The notes beneath the pieces are model-generated. The model had not been told where the DNA came from. It made no database searches and saw only the letters and a list, made by a program, of their open reading frames with translations. The position numbers were made by a program, and so were the translations under genes. Positions 19,385 to 30,391 of a stretch of DNA of 58,939 bases are shown one piece after another. Within the stretch, counting starts at the first letter, position 1, and every line of letters starts with the position of its first letter. The DNA lies in contig CAZBJH010000004.1 in the NCBI GenBank assembly GCA_964492185.1, forward strand, positions 1 to 58,939, given 5' to 3'. The stretch comes from an uncultured Bacteroidales bacterium. Its GTDB lineage: Bacteria; Bacteroidota; Bacteroidia; Bacteroidales; UBA10428.

Positions 19385-20224
19385 ATGAAAATTCATTCAC
19401 TGTTTACCGGCAACTTCATGCTTGACGGGGGAGCCATGTTTGGGGTCGTACCTAAAACATTGTGGGAAAAAGTATACCCGGCCAATGAAAAAAACCTATG
19501 CAACCTGTCCATGCGATTGCTCCTGATCGAGGCTGGCAACAGAAAAATACTTATTGATACCGGTATCGGCAACAAGCAGGATGATAAATTTTTCAGCCAC
19601 TATTACCTCAATGATACACGAACACCCGAAGATTGCCTGGCCCGGCTTCAAATAAAGCCCGGGGAGATCACGGATGTCTTACTGACCCACCTGCATTTCG
19701 ATCATTGCGGAGGGGCAGTTAAAAAAGATAACAATACATTTTTCCTTACATTTCCAGAAGCCTCCCACTGGGTAAGCCGTAAGCAGTGGGAATGGGCCAT
19801 GGATCCAAACCAGCGTGAAAAGGCATCCTTTCTTAAAGAAAACCTCATCCCCATAAAGGAAAGCGGCAAACTGAAATTTATTGAGAATAATCAGGAATTT
19901 TATCCCGGTATTGATTTGAAGCTGTTCAACGGACATACGGAGGGACTGATAGTGCCATTTATTAACACCGGACCTGCAATACTGGTATATGTAAACGACC
20001 TGATACCAACAGCAGCACATATACCATTATCCTGGGTTTGTGGTTTTGATACACAACCATTATTAACGTTTCATGAAAAGGATGAGTTCCTTCGGGAGGC
20101 ATACGGGAAAGGTTATTTTTTATTTTTTGAACATGATGTATACACGGAATGTTGTACATTGAAAAATACTGAAAAAGGGATCAGGATGGATGAGGGTTTA
20201 TCATTAAAAGAAATTGTACTTTGA
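19385..20224 (+). CDS. MBL-fold metallo-hydrolase.
   Basis: Contains the HLHFDHCGG (HxHxDH) motif. Confidence 0.8.
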   Translation: MKIHSLFTGNFMLDGGAMFGVVPKTLWEKVYPANEKNLCNLSMRLLLIEAGNRKILIDTGIGNKQDDKFFSHYYLNDTRTPEDCLARLQIKPGEITDVLLTHLHFDHCGGAVKKDNNTFFLTFPEASHWVSRKQWEWAMDPNQREKASFLKENLIPIKESGKLKFIENNQEFYPGIDLKLFNGHTEGLIVPFINTGPAILVYVNDLIPTAAHIPLSWVCGFDTQPLLTFHEKDEFLREAYGKGYFLFFEHDVYTECCTLKNTEKGIRMDEGLSLKEIVL

Positions 20225-20308
20225 ACGGGCAAATAGCCTGCATTATTATTATGTAAGGTTTAGACACCCTGCCTCTGCCCTGAACCTGATGCATGAAGAA
20301 TATATATA

Positions 20309-20391
20309 TTGTCTGTCCATAATGTCCGATATGTTAGTGTGCCATGATCTCGAACATTCTGAACAAACACTATTACTTTATAGACAAACTC
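20309..20391 (+). repeat. Internally deleted family-A type I module, with both terminal arms retained.
   Basis: TGTCTGTCCATAATGTCCGATATG is joined to ...GATCTCGAACATTCTGAACAAACAC-TA-TTACTTTATAGACAAACTC-TA. Confidence 0.8.
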
Positions 20392-20521
20392 TATATAGAT
20401 TGTATTTTAAAAATATTTCGCGAAATTCGCAAGATTTCCGAAAATCCCGTGTCAAAACATATTATACTGTTTGAATTATCTGCATTTGAAGGAAACATAA
20501 TTGGTTTCGCGGAGCTAAACA

Positions 20522-20599
20522 GGGTCTGCTGAGAAACACGAAATAAATTTATAATGAGGATAATACGAAGATTAATTGTTTGTAAACCAGAGCATTAAT
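20522..20599 (+). repeat. Family-B repeat, a short form.
   Basis: It begins GGGTCTGCTGAGAAACACGAAATAAATTTATA, which is shared with 48227 and 58695. The rest aligns with the reverse complement of 52497-52556. Confidence 0.8.
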
Positions 20600-20601
20600 T
20601 A

Positions 20602-20764
20602 GAGTCCGCCTATAAAGTAGTTAAAATGTTTATACATACATGTGTCTGTTCAGAAGGTTCCATTTGCAAGGCTCGCGCGGTCCGGAAACGCGGAGTTTAC
20701 TTATCGTAAATGAGCAATTTCCGGACAAGCGTAACGCGGCAAATGGGACTTTATGGACAGACTC
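20602..20764 (+). repeat. Family-A type III (20602-20641) plus type II hairpin (20642-20764) unit, TA-flanked (20600-20601 and 20765-20766).
   Basis: It is collinear with 30593-30756 and with the reverse complement of 52332-52494. It ends 18 nt before the RND adaptor start codon. Confidence 0.85.
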
Positions 20765-20782
20765 TAATAATATTATATACAA

Positions 20783-21982
20783 GTGAGAAAGATCGACAGA
20801 AGGATAGTGATCATCACGGCCCTGGTGTTCACTATTGGTTTAGCGTACGGATTGATGAAATTCCTGATTGCACAGAAGGAAGAATCTGTCAGACAACCGA
20901 AAATAGAAGCCCAACGTTATGTCAGGGCACAAAAAGTTGAATATTCCACCATCGTATCGCCGGTAAGCGCACCCGGGAGGGTAAGCTCGGTGTCACAGGT
21001 TGACATAGTGGCCGAAGCATCTGGCAAAATAATAGTCCCGGAGGTCCCACTAAAAAAAGGAGCTGTCTTTTCAAGGGGAGATGTGCTGTTTACAATATAT
21101 CCTGATGAAGCAGAACTCGCGCTGAAAGCCCGAAAAAGCCAGTTTTTAACCTCCCTGGCTAACCTTCTTCCTGACCTGCGGATTGATTATCCTGCAAACC
21201 AGCAACAATTTTTGGATTTTTTTAATAGCATCTCAATTGACGAACCCTTACCTGCCCTTCCCGATATACAGGATGAGCAGATGCATATTTTTCTTGCCAG
21301 CCGGGGTATCTTAAGTGAGTATTATAGTATAGCCAAAGATGAACTACAGTTGCAACGACATACAATACGTGCTCCTTTCAACGGTACATATATACAGGTA
21401 TTACAGGAAGCAGGAGCTTATATCAATACAGGGGGCCGCGTGGCAACAGCCATTCGTACGGATATGCTTGAACTGGAGGTTCCGCTGGAAAAATTTGATG
21501 CCCGATGGGTAAAAGCCGGAGACCGGGTAGAAGTACGATCCGGCGATAGGGATCTCACATGGCAAGGCAATGTTGTAAGAAAAGCCGGATTCGTGGATGA
21601 AGAAACCCAGTCGCAAAGCATATTTGTAAGGATAAAAAACCATAACCCTTCGGCATTACTTTCCGGTGAATATCTTACCGCCAGTTTCCCGGGACATCCC
21701 ATTCAAAATGCTATTGAAATTCCCAGGAATGCAATATTCAATTCAAATGAAGTTTTTCTTATCGACCAGGGACGGCTAAAAAAAGCAGAAATCAATATTA
21801 TCAAAAAAAATGAGCGTACGGTTATCATGAATGGTGTGAACGAAGGAGAAATGATCGTAACCCAGCCACTAATTAATGTATCCGAGGGAACAGCTGTTGA
21901 TATTCTTGGCAATAACAGCGATACAAATGAGAAAGATCTTACCGGTAATAAAACAGGCAGGGAAAATAAGGGGAAAAATTAA
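20783..21982 (+). CDS. Efflux RND transporter periplasmic adaptor subunit (HlyD/MFP family), with a GTG start.
   Basis: It has an N-terminal TM anchor and barrel-sandwich/coiled-coil architecture, and it lies upstream of an AcrB-like gene. Confidence 0.8.
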   Translation: MRKIDRRIVIITALVFTIGLAYGLMKFLIAQKEESVRQPKIEAQRYVRAQKVEYSTIVSPVSAPGRVSSVSQVDIVAEASGKIIVPEVPLKKGAVFSRGDVLFTIYPDEAELALKARKSQFLTSLANLLPDLRIDYPANQQQFLDFFNSISIDEPLPALPDIQDEQMHIFLASRGILSEYYSIAKDELQLQRHTIRAPFNGTYIQVLQEAGAYINTGGRVATAIRTDMLELEVPLEKFDARWVKAGDRVEVRSGDRDLTWQGNVVRKAGFVDEETQSQSIFVRIKNHNPSALLSGEYLTASFPGHPIQNAIEIPRNAIFNSNEVFLIDQGRLKKAEINIIKKNERTVIMNGVNEGEMIVTQPLINVSEGTAVDILGNNSDTNEKDLTGNKTGRENKGKN

Positions 21983-21994
21983 TATTGCAGGTAT

Positions 21995-24900
21995 ATGAGA
22001 AAGATCATCGAGAAATTTGTAGAATACCCCGTTTATGCCAACCTGATTATTGCTTTTGCCATTCTTGCAGGGGGTATAAGCTTCCTTTCCATGAACAAAG
22101 CTTTTTTCCCTGAATCAAAAAGCCGTATTATTACCGTATCGGTTTTTTATCCGGGAGCCTCACCGGTTGAAATGGAGGAAGGGGTTACATCACGCGTCGA
22201 AGAGGCAGTAAGGGGATTGATCGGTATCAAGGAAATCACATCCACATCAGTAGAAAACAGCGCCAGTGTAATAATCGAAACCACGGGAGAGTATCCTATT
22301 GACGAAATACTGATGGAAGTGAAAAACGCGGTGGATGGTATTTCATCCTTGCCTACGGCTGCAGAGAGGCCCATAGTCCAAAAGCGCCGGTCACGTTCAA
22401 GGACCATGTATCTTAGTCTGACAGCCAAAGATGACACTGAAGCAGACCTGCTGACCCTGAAGCAGTTTGGACAGCGTATCGAAGAAGATTTCTACAACTC
22501 CGGCAATATTAGCCAGATATCACTTTGGGGATTCCCCGCCCTGGAGATATCTGTTGAAGTGAAGGAGGATGACCTGCTACGATATGATATCAGCTTCGCG
22601 GAAATAATGCAGGCCATTCAGAACAACAACCAGGATGTATCCGGTGGTGATATAAAATCTGAAGAAGAGGAACTTTTGATAAGGCTTAGGTCCCGTAGTG
22701 CCGACCCCAACAAAATAGGTAATATTATTCTGCGGGGAAAACCTGATGGCGAATACATTCGCATTCACGATATTGCCCTGGTTAAAAAGCAGTTTGCCGA
22801 CACATACAATGAGTCTTATATCAACGGCAAACGCGCTGTATCCATAGGTATTGACAAACTACCCGAGGAGGATATGGAAGCCATGACCAAATATGTGAGG
22901 GAGTACATAGAAGACTTCAATGCACAAAACCATGGTGTTACCCTAAACATGTCCCATGCTTTCCTTGACATTTTATACAGCCGTTTGACTTTACTTACAA
23001 AAAACGGCCTTATAGGACTGGTGCTGGTTATTATTTCCCTTACTATGTTCTTAAATATCCGCCTTTCACTCTGGGTATCCTGGGGCATCCCGTTCAGTTT
23101 TCTCGGAATGTTCATTATTGCATACCTGAACGGGATAACCATTAATATGATGTCGCTTTTCGGCATGATACTGGTCATCGGTATCCTCGTGGATGACGGT
23201 ATTGTTATTGCTGAAAATATATATGTACATTTTGAAAGGGGGAAAAGTGCCAAAAAAGCAGCTGTGGAAGGAACGATGGAAGTACTGCCTGCAGTGCTCA
23301 CTTCGGTGACCACTACCATTGTAGCTTTTATGCCCCTGCTTTTTTTATCAGGTACAACAATGGAAAATATGATTGTGATGGCTACCGTGGTTATCGCCGT
23401 GCTGGTTTTCTCATTGCTTGAAGCATCTTTCATTCTGCCGGCACATTTAAGCAATGAACGTATACTTAGCCATAATACTTTAACGGCAAAAGACCGGGGC
23501 GTAAAAAAATATTTTGAGCGTTCTATGGTTTGGATGCGTGAAAATGTATATGAACATACATTGAACTGGCTCATAAGATGGCGGCATGCTGTTATTGGAA
23601 TCCCAATCGCCCTGATCCTTGTTACGCTTGGGATGTACATGGGAGGTATCATAAAAAAAACCTACTTCCCCATGGTTGATTTTGACAACTTTGAGATCAA
23701 TATAGCCTTTACTCCCGGTGACGGTGTGCGGCAAACCAAAGAACACCTGGTAAAATTTGAAAAAGCAGTGTGGGAAGTAAATGAAGAACTGATGGATGAA
23801 CTGGGTGAAGATATCGACATTATTGAGCGTACCAGCAGGAATATCGGTGATGCATTCGACCGCACCGAAGCCGGGTCGCATGCAGGACGCATCAGGATTT
23901 TCCCGCGCGATCTGGAAGGTTTGCCCTTAACAGGACATGATATTGCCAACAAGATCAGGCAAAAAATAGGCCCTGTGCCCGAAGCCAGAAAATTTACTGT
24001 GGCAGGAAGAAACCGCTGGGGATCCCCGGTATCGGTAGGATTGATGAGCCGTAATATTGATGAGTTGGATTCAGCCAGGAATCTTTTAATGAGCAAGCTT
24101 GAGGAGCTTCCTCAACTAAAGGATATTACTGAAAATGTTGCTTTGGGAAAACAGGAAATACGGCTCAACCTTAAACCCAGGGCCTATTTTCTGGGGCTTG
24201 ATGAAAATACTATTGCCCGCCAGGTTCGTCAGGGATTTTATGGCGGACAGGCTCAACGCCTGCAGGAAGGAAGAGACGAACTTCGTGTTTGGGTAAGATA
24301 TCCCAAATCAGGACGCCTTACTATAGGCCAGATGGAAAAAATGAAGATAAAAACCCCGCGGGGAAATTTTCCGCTTATCGAGCTTGCCGATTATCACCTT
24401 GAAAGAGGCCCCGTGGCGATCAAAAGATATAACGGGGCTCGTGAGATAAGGGTAGAGGCGGAAACCGTAGATCCTTTCGCCGAGATACCCTCTATTATTG
24501 AGCAGATCGAAGTGCAAATAATGCCAGAACTAATGGCAAGATTCAGTGGAATAAGGTATATGTTCCATGGCCAGCAACGATTCAGTGAAGAGGCCATAGA
24601 CAAGATCATAAAGTATTTCCTGATCGCTTTCGTGGTTATCATTTTCCTGATGATCCTTCACTTTCGCAGTATATCACAAGTTACTATTATTGTCGCCATG
24701 ATCCCCCTTTCCATGCTCGGTGTTTTCTGGGGACACGGGATCCACGGCAAGCCCCTCTCGCTGATGAGCCTTTGGGGTATGGTAGCCCTGACAGGTGTGA
24801 TCATTAATAATGCTATTGTTTTTCTTGCCAAATATGACGGACTGCTGGAGCAGGGGTACAAAGTTAAAGAGTCTGTTGTGGAAGCAGGTAAAGCAAGGCT

Positions 24901-25174
24901 GCGTCCCATCCTGCTCACTACCATAACCACCAGCATCGGACTATTCCCAATTATACTTGAAAAAAGCGTACAAGCCCAGTTTCTGATACCTATGGCAATC
25001 AGTCTTGCTTATGGTGTGGCTATCGGAACAGTGTTTGTGCTTATCTTTTTCCCTGTGCTGATCATGCTGCTCAATGACACAAGGGTATGGCTTACATATT
25101 TATGGACGGGAAAACGGCCTGAACCTGAAGATGTGGAAACAGTGATCATTCACCAGAGAAATAAATCAAACTAA
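21995..25174 (+). CDS. Efflux RND transporter permease (AcrB/AcrD/AcrF family).
   Basis: It is 1059 aa with the 12-TM, two-large-loop architecture typical of HAE1 RND pumps. Confidence 0.9.
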   Translation: MRKIIEKFVEYPVYANLIIAFAILAGGISFLSMNKAFFPESKSRIITVSVFYPGASPVEMEEGVTSRVEEAVRGLIGIKEITSTSVENSASVIIETTGEYPIDEILMEVKNAVDGISSLPTAAERPIVQKRRSRSRTMYLSLTAKDDTEADLLTLKQFGQRIEEDFYNSGNISQISLWGFPALEISVEVKEDDLLRYDISFAEIMQAIQNNNQDVSGGDIKSEEEELLIRLRSRSADPNKIGNIILRGKPDGEYIRIHDIALVKKQFADTYNESYINGKRAVSIGIDKLPEEDMEAMTKYVREYIEDFNAQNHGVTLNMSHAFLDILYSRLTLLTKNGLIGLVLVIISLTMFLNIRLSLWVSWGIPFSFLGMFIIAYLNGITINMMSLFGMILVIGILVDDGIVIAENIYVHFERGKSAKKAAVEGTMEVLPAVLTSVTTTIVAFMPLLFLSGTTMENMIVMATVVIAVLVFSLLEASFILPAHLSNERILSHNTLTAKDRGVKKYFERSMVWMRENVYEHTLNWLIRWRHAVIGIPIALILVTLGMYMGGIIKKTYFPMVDFDNFEINIAFTPGDGVRQTKEHLVKFEKAVWEVNEELMDELGEDIDIIERTSRNIGDAFDRTEAGSHAGRIRIFPRDLEGLPLTGHDIANKIRQKIGPVPEARKFTVAGRNRWGSPVSVGLMSRNIDELDSARNLLMSKLEELPQLKDITENVALGKQEIRLNLKPRAYFLGLDENTIARQVRQGFYGGQAQRLQEGRDELRVWVRYPKSGRLTIGQMEKMKIKTPRGNFPLIELADYHLERGPVAIKRYNGAREIRVEAETVDPFAEIPSIIEQIEVQIMPELMARFSGIRYMFHGQQRFSEEAIDKIIKYFLIAFVVIIFLMILHFRSISQVTIIVAMIPLSMLGVFWGHGIHGKPLSLMSLWGMVALTGVIINNAIVFLAKYDGLLEQGYKVKESVVEAGKARLRPILLTTITTSIGLFPIILEKSVQAQFLIPMAISLAYGVAIGTVFVLIFFPVLIMLLNDTRVWLTYLWTGKRPEPEDVETVIIHQRNKSN

Positions 25175-26496
25175 TGCAAAGAATAAATATAAGGACTATA
25201 AGCATCATTATTTGTTTTTCGGGATTGATTTTTTCAACCTATGCCCGGGATAATACTAATAATGAACTGGGATTATCAGCAGCTATTCAAAAAACCCTGG
25301 AAAACAATTATGGAATAATAATATCAAATAGTGATGCAGATATAGCCGCGATAAACAATCACTGGGGTAACGCCGGAGGCTATCCTTCTGTCGGGTTTGA
25401 CCTGAGTTCAGTCAATAATTATGAGATAAGCAACCGGGAAAATGCCCTAACCAACAGGCTATCTGGGAGTATAGGCCTGCAATGGGTGTTGTTTGACGGA
25501 TTTCGTGTAAGGTCGACAAAAGAACAACTCAGCCGCCTTGAGGACCTGGCTCTTGGCAACAGCGCCGTAGTGGTTGAATCGGCAATTGAAGATGTGATCA
25601 TGGCATATTATGCGGTATTGCTGGAACAACAAAGATTGAAGGTGCTCGAAACGGCAATGAAGCTTTCAAGGGACCGTTATGATTATGAGCTGGCCAGGAA
25701 AGAACTTGGCGGTTCGGTTACCTATAATGTACTGCAGGCACAGAATGTCTATCTCTCCGATAAAGCCGAATTTATCAGTCAGGAAGCAGCCCTGAGGCAA
25801 GCCATTCGTAATCTTAATTTCATAATGGGCGAAGAGCCGGGCATGCAATGGACATTGACAGAAAGCTTTGCTGCCCCCGAGAAAGAATACCAAACGGCTG
25901 TATTACTCGATAAAATGGAATCATCCAACAGTGTATTGAAAAACCAGTATATCAACCTCATGCTTCAAAAAAGCAAGCTGAAGATCAGTCAAAGCGAACG
26001 CTATCCGACTCTTTCAATGTCTGCCGGTGTGGATGATACCTATATCAGGGTAAATCCTGAAAAAAGTGATCCCTCTGCATCAGGCAGTTTTAATACCTAT
26101 GGAAACCTTACTTTGTCATACAACCTGTTTACGGGTGGAAACAGGAAAAGAGCCATTGAAGTGGCACAGATAAACCGGGAAATTGCAGAGATCGAAATTC
26201 AACAAATGACACACAACCTCACCAATCAGCTTTTCTCTGTTTATGATCAGTACGAAGTTAATAAATTACTACTTGAAGTAGCAAGGGAAAGTCTTGAAGC
26301 CGCGGAACTGAATATGCAGATCGCTGAAGACAAATACAGATCAGGAGTTATCAATTCATTCAATTACAGAGACATACAACTAATCTATATTAATGCCGCG
26401 CTTACAAAGCTCCGGGCGATTTACAACCTCATCGGAACCAACACATCGCTTACCCGCCTGACAGGTGGTTTTATCACTGAATCTGCCGTGGAATAA
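25174..26496 (+). CDS. TolC-family outer membrane efflux protein.
   Basis: It has a signal peptide and a duplicated coiled-coil/OEP repeat. Its start overlaps the permease stop codon. Confidence 0.8.
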   Translation: MQRINIRTISIIICFSGLIFSTYARDNTNNELGLSAAIQKTLENNYGIIISNSDADIAAINNHWGNAGGYPSVGFDLSSVNNYEISNRENALTNRLSGSIGLQWVLFDGFRVRSTKEQLSRLEDLALGNSAVVVESAIEDVIMAYYAVLLEQQRLKVLETAMKLSRDRYDYELARKELGGSVTYNVLQAQNVYLSDKAEFISQEAALRQAIRNLNFIMGEEPGMQWTLTESFAAPEKEYQTAVLLDKMESSNSVLKNQYINLMLQKSKLKISQSERYPTLSMSAGVDDTYIRVNPEKSDPSASGSFNTYGNLTLSYNLFTGGNRKRAIEVAQINREIAEIEIQQMTHNLTNQLFSVYDQYEVNKLLLEVARESLEAAELNMQIAEDKYRSGVINSFNYRDIQLIYINAALTKLRAIYNLIGTNTSLTRLTGGFITESAVE

Positions 26497-26561
26497 GATC
26501 CGTCCCCGGAATGTTAACTGACGCGGGAGTCCGTTTGTGCTTCAAATGGAGGTGCACAAGA

Positions 26562-26978
26562 TCAAAGGATACTATCTTTCAGATAAAGAATAAACGGGAA
26601 AAATGCAGTTAAAAACAGCACGACAGCCTGCAGGATATCAAAACGAATTATTCTCTTCTTCCATGCCGGCTTTTTTTGAACAATGAAAGAAAATGCAATC
26701 CGAAAAACCAGCTGGGACAGGAAAAATAGAAAAATCCCTTTTGCATGGGAATTATATATATCTGCCTGACGGAACTTCCCTCTAATCAATGCTGAGAAAG
26801 CCCGGGACAATCCTGTACTTACGGTATCATCACCTGTAATATGGGAATACGCGGAATGTATCGGATGGTTTATTTTTTCGATCGAAAACAGACCCGAATA
26901 GATTAAGATCAACAAAAGGATAACAGCCAGAATAATATTGACAATAATATACGATGATGAGCGACCGCGATCAATCAT
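26562..26978 (-). CDS. Small membrane protein, DUF2752-like.
   Basis: It is 138 aa with 3-4 TM segments and has an ATGA overlap with the upstream gene. Confidence 0.5.
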   Translation of the reverse strand: MIDRGRSSSYIIVNIILAVILLLILIYSGLFSIEKINHPIHSAYSHITGDDTVSTGLSRAFSALIRGKFRQADIYNSHAKGIFLFFLSQLVFRIAFSFIVQKKPAWKKRIIRFDILQAVVLFLTAFFPFILYLKDSIL

Positions 26979-27538
26979 TCATGTTGTGTCGTATCTTCCA
27001 GCTCATCAACAAATTCGCGTAGTGCTTTTCCGGCAGCCCTGCCAACCTTTGCTGCCTTTTCTTCATCAGGAAGATCCTTTAAGGCTTTATCCACATCCTT
27101 TTCAATATTTTCCATGTTATCTTCAAGGTCATCCTCCAGTTCTTCAAGAGTTTCTTCCAGATCTTTGCCAAACTCCTTCTCAAATTCCACTTCAAAATCC
27201 TCCTCCCAGTCTCCTGAACGCGATTCGATATTCTCCAGTTTTTGCCTTATCTTTTCCCATCTGGGGGCTTTGTCCGAAAATACAACCATTGTCCATATGA
27301 GTGCAAAACAAAACCCTACTATGGAAACAGAAAGCGCAGCAGTGGTAATGCCTGTTGCCCCGTTAGCATTTCTGGCCTGTGAGAAACCTACTGCCCCCAA
27401 AATGATACCAATAGCACCGAATATCAAACCGGCAATAAAAGTACAAGGTATCAATCCAAGTGGAATAGCAAGAATACCCAATACCAAACCGGCTATTCCC
27501 AATCCCTGACCGGCATTTGTTTTTTGTTGTACTGCCAT
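26975..27538 (-). CDS. Membrane protein (DUF4190-like N-terminus) with a highly acidic coiled-coil C-terminal tail. The start is trimmed to MAVQQKTNAG.
   Basis: It has Gly-rich TM helices followed by an E/D-rich tail. A terminator at 27689-27723 argues against the longer ORF. Confidence 0.55.
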   Translation of the reverse strand: MAVQQKTNAGQGLGIAGLVLGILAIPLGLIPCTFIAGLIFGAIGIILGAVGFSQARNANGATGITTAALSVSIVGFCFALIWTMVVFSDKAPRWEKIRQKLENIESRSGDWEEDFEVEFEKEFGKDLEETLEELEDDLEDNMENIEKDVDKALKDLPDEEKAAKVGRAAGKALREFVDELEDTTQHE

Positions 27539-27688
27539 GACCGATGATCTGTTTATGTTACGATGATTATTAATTACCCTACAAGATAAAAAGAAATAAT
27601 CAATTAAAATCAAACGATGATGAATTTTTAACCTGCCATTCCATGCAGGCGGGTTGAATATCGGCAGTCCTGTAATAACAAGCAAACA

Positions 27689-27723
27689 CACAAAAAGGGG
27701 TTAACAATTAAGTCAACCCCTTT
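27689..27723 (-). terminator. Rho-independent terminator downstream of the 27745-28071 gene.
   Basis: A 9-bp stem AAAGGGGTT/AACCCCTTT (27694-27702 and 27715-27723) is followed by a T-run on the minus strand. Confidence 0.6.
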
Positions 27724-27744
27724 AAGCTTCAGGTAAATTGAGCA

Positions 27745-28071
27745 CTATTTATCAGCAAATTCGTTTCCCGCTTTTGAATCCAGAGGCAAGTCATAATAGT
27801 ATGCAGAAAAAGCATACTGTACCACTTCAAAACTATAATCCCTAAAAATATTATAAAAAGTAAGAACCTCCTCCTCCGGTTCACAATTATTAAATCTCCG
27901 GATCATTTCAATGTTTACTACAACCCTGATCGAATCATTCAGCTCCAGAATCTCCTTATCGTGTTTCGCAACTCCTTCATCATTCAACCGGTTTGAAATA
28001 TTATCCTGTCCTTGTGCAAAAACTAACAGGAACAAACCGATCAATAGTAAAAAGACTTTAGATCGTTTCAT
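27745..28071 (-). CDS. Small secreted hypothetical protein (108 aa).
   Basis: It has an N-terminal signal peptide (MKRSKVFLLLIGLFLLVFAQG). Confidence 0.5.
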   Translation of the reverse strand: MKRSKVFLLLIGLFLLVFAQGQDNISNRLNDEGVAKHDKEILELNDSIRVVVNIEMIRRFNNCEPEEEVLTFYNIFRDYSFEVVQYAFSAYYYDLPLDSKAGNEFADK

Positions 28072-28211
28072 TAATTCAGGTGTTTGGTTGTAATACTGTT
28101 TTTTTGTTTCTTACTTATTATATGCTAACTGCATTAAAATGGTTAGAAAATTTACACCAATGAAGTAATACAATTGATAAAAACAGATTTATCCTAACCA
28201 AAAAACGGACT

Positions 28212-30353
28212 CTACAATAATACCCCGAGTATCTTTTTGGCAGCAACTGCAACCGATGTGCCGGGCCCGAATATTCCCACTACTCCGGCATTGTACAAAA
28301 AATCATAATCCTGTGCAGGAATAACACCACCGGCAATGACCATAATATCTTCCCTCCCCAATGCTCTCAGTTCATTAATAACTCGCGGTATAAGTGTTTT
28401 GTGTCCACCGGCCAGACTTGATATCCCCAATATATGAACATCATTCTCCACGGCTTGTCTTGCTGCTTCAGCCGGTGTCTGGAACAGCGGTCCGATATCC
28501 ACATCAAAACCTATATCAGCATAGCCCGTTGAAACAACTTTAGCACCTCTGTCGTGTCCGTCCTGCCCCATCTTTGCAATCATAACCCTTGGACGGCGTC
28601 CTTCACTTTCAGCAAATTTATCACACAGCCAGCGGGCTTCTTCAAAATCATTATCGTTGGCCGATTCAGAAGAATAAATGCCTGAAACAGACCGGATGAC
28701 AGCTTTATACCGTCCCGCCACCTTTTCAATTGCCGAAGTTATCTCACCCAGGGTGGAGCGAGCTTTAGCCGCCTCAACCGCAAGTTCCAGTAAATTGCCT
28801 TTCTCTGTTCGTGCAGCCTCTGTTATGCTATCCAGAGCCCTTTGAACCGCAAGGTTATCTCGTTCCTTTTTTAGATTTTCCAGTCTTCTGAGCTGGGATA
28901 AGCGCACGGCTTCATTATCGACTTCAAGGAGATCAATCGGATCTTCTTCATCAAGCCGGTACATGTTTATACCAAGAATAATATCTTTTTTCGAATCGAT
29001 CCGCGCCTGCTTGCGCGCCGCTGCTTCTTCAATACGCGTTTTCGGAATGCCGGTCTCAATTGCTTCGGTCATTCCCCCAAGATCTTCTATCTCCTGAATT
29101 AGTTCCCATGCCTTATGTGCCAGCTCATTGGTGAGAGATTCAACATAATAGGATCCGCCCCACGGATCAACAGATTTTGTTATGGCTGTCTCTTCCTGTA
29201 AAAAAAGTTGTGTGTTCCTGGCTATCCTGGCAGAGAAATCAGTTGGAAGGGCCATTGCTTCATCCATGGCATTGGTGTGTAATGACTGGGTATGGCCCAG
29301 AACTGCCGCCATTGCCTCATTACAGGTACGAGCCACGTTATTGAAGGGATCCTGCTGAGTGAGGCTCCAGCCTGATGTTTGCGAATGAGCCCGCAGTACA
29401 AGTGATTTTGGATTTTTAGGGTTAAACTTTTTCACAATTTTTGCCCACAGCATACGTGCCGCTCTCAATTTGGCAATTTCCATAAAATGGTTCATCCCGA
29501 TACCCCAGAAAAACGATAAACGGGGAGCAAAAGAATCGATATCCATACCTGCATTAATCCCTGTTCGCAAATATTCAAGTCCGTCTGCCAGAGTATAGGC
29601 CAGTTCAATATCAGCTGTGGCACCCGCCTCCTGCATATGATAACCAGAAATGCTAATGGAATTAAACTTAGGCATATTCTGTGATGTATACCTGAAAATA
29701 TCAGCAATAATTCGCATGGATGTCGCGGGAGGATAGATATAGGTATTCCTGACCATGAATTCCTTCAGAATATCATTCTGTATAGTGCCGGTTAGTTCTT
29801 CAAGCTTTGCCCCCTGCTCCTGGGCAGTGACTATATAAAAGGCCATAACGGGCAATACTGCTCCGTTCATGGTCATGGAAACCGACATTTCATTTAAGGG
29901 GATCTGATCAAACAACACTTTCATATCAAGAATTGAATCAATAGCTACTCCTGCTTTACCAACATCTCCAACCACTCTTTCGTGATCCGAATCATATCCC
30001 CGATGAGTTGCCAGATCAAAAGCCACTGACAATCCTTTCTGACCGGCAGCCAGGTTTCGCCTGTAGAAAGCATTCGATTCTTCCGCTGTTGAAAAACCGG
30101 CATATTGCCTGATGGTCCATGGCCTCATAACATACATGGTTGAATAAGGCCCCCGTAAATACGGCGGGATACCTGCTGCATAATTCAAATGTTCAAGATC
30201 CTGCATATCACCGGCATAGTATACCGGCTTCACCTTTATCTGTTCTGCCGTTATCCATTCCCTTTCAGATGGACCTTCTTCAATGCCTTTACCAGCCTCC
30301 ACCTTATAATCTTTATTCGACAGAATATCAATCTTCCCGAAATCTGGTCTCAT
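28212..30353 (-). CDS. mutB: Methylmalonyl-CoA mutase large (catalytic, B12-binding) subunit.
   Basis: It is 713 aa with a mutase TIM-barrel domain and a C-terminal B12-binding DxHxxG motif ([11 protein letters not shown]). Confidence 0.92.
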   Translation of the reverse strand: MRPDFGKIDILSNKDYKVEAGKGIEEGPSEREWITAEQIKVKPVYYAGDMQDLEHLNYAAGIPPYLRGPYSTMYVMRPWTIRQYAGFSTAEESNAFYRRNLAAGQKGLSVAFDLATHRGYDSDHERVVGDVGKAGVAIDSILDMKVLFDQIPLNEMSVSMTMNGAVLPVMAFYIVTAQEQGAKLEELTGTIQNDILKEFMVRNTYIYPPATSMRIIADIFRYTSQNMPKFNSISISGYHMQEAGATADIELAYTLADGLEYLRTGINAGMDIDSFAPRLSFFWGIGMNHFMEIAKLRAARMLWAKIVKKFNPKNPKSLVLRAHSQTSGWSLTQQDPFNNVARTCNEAMAAVLGHTQSLHTNAMDEAMALPTDFSARIARNTQLFLQEETAITKSVDPWGGSYYVESLTNELAHKAWELIQEIEDLGGMTEAIETGIPKTRIEEAAARKQARIDSKKDIILGINMYRLDEEDPIDLLEVDNEAVRLSQLRRLENLKKERDNLAVQRALDSITEAARTEKGNLLELAVEAAKARSTLGEITSAIEKVAGRYKAVIRSVSGIYSSESANDNDFEEARWLCDKFAESEGRRPRVMIAKMGQDGHDRGAKVVSTGYADIGFDVDIGPLFQTPAEAARQAVENDVHILGISSLAGGHKTLIPRVINELRALGREDIMVIAGGVIPAQDYDFLYNAGVVGIFGPGTSVAVAAKKILGVLL

Positions 30354-30391
30354 ATAATTACTGTATTTGTATCCATTTTAAGACTATCATA

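Noticed and set aside
22816-23652. Long antisense ORFs lie inside well-supported genes. Examples are 278 aa in the RND permease, 198 aa at 45726-46322 in dxs, 154 aa at 4844-5308 in menB, and 149 aa at 17650-18099 in the permease.
   Set aside because: These are shadow ORFs opposite strongly supported CDSs, with Ser/Pro/Ile-rich, low-complexity translations and no recognisable motifs.
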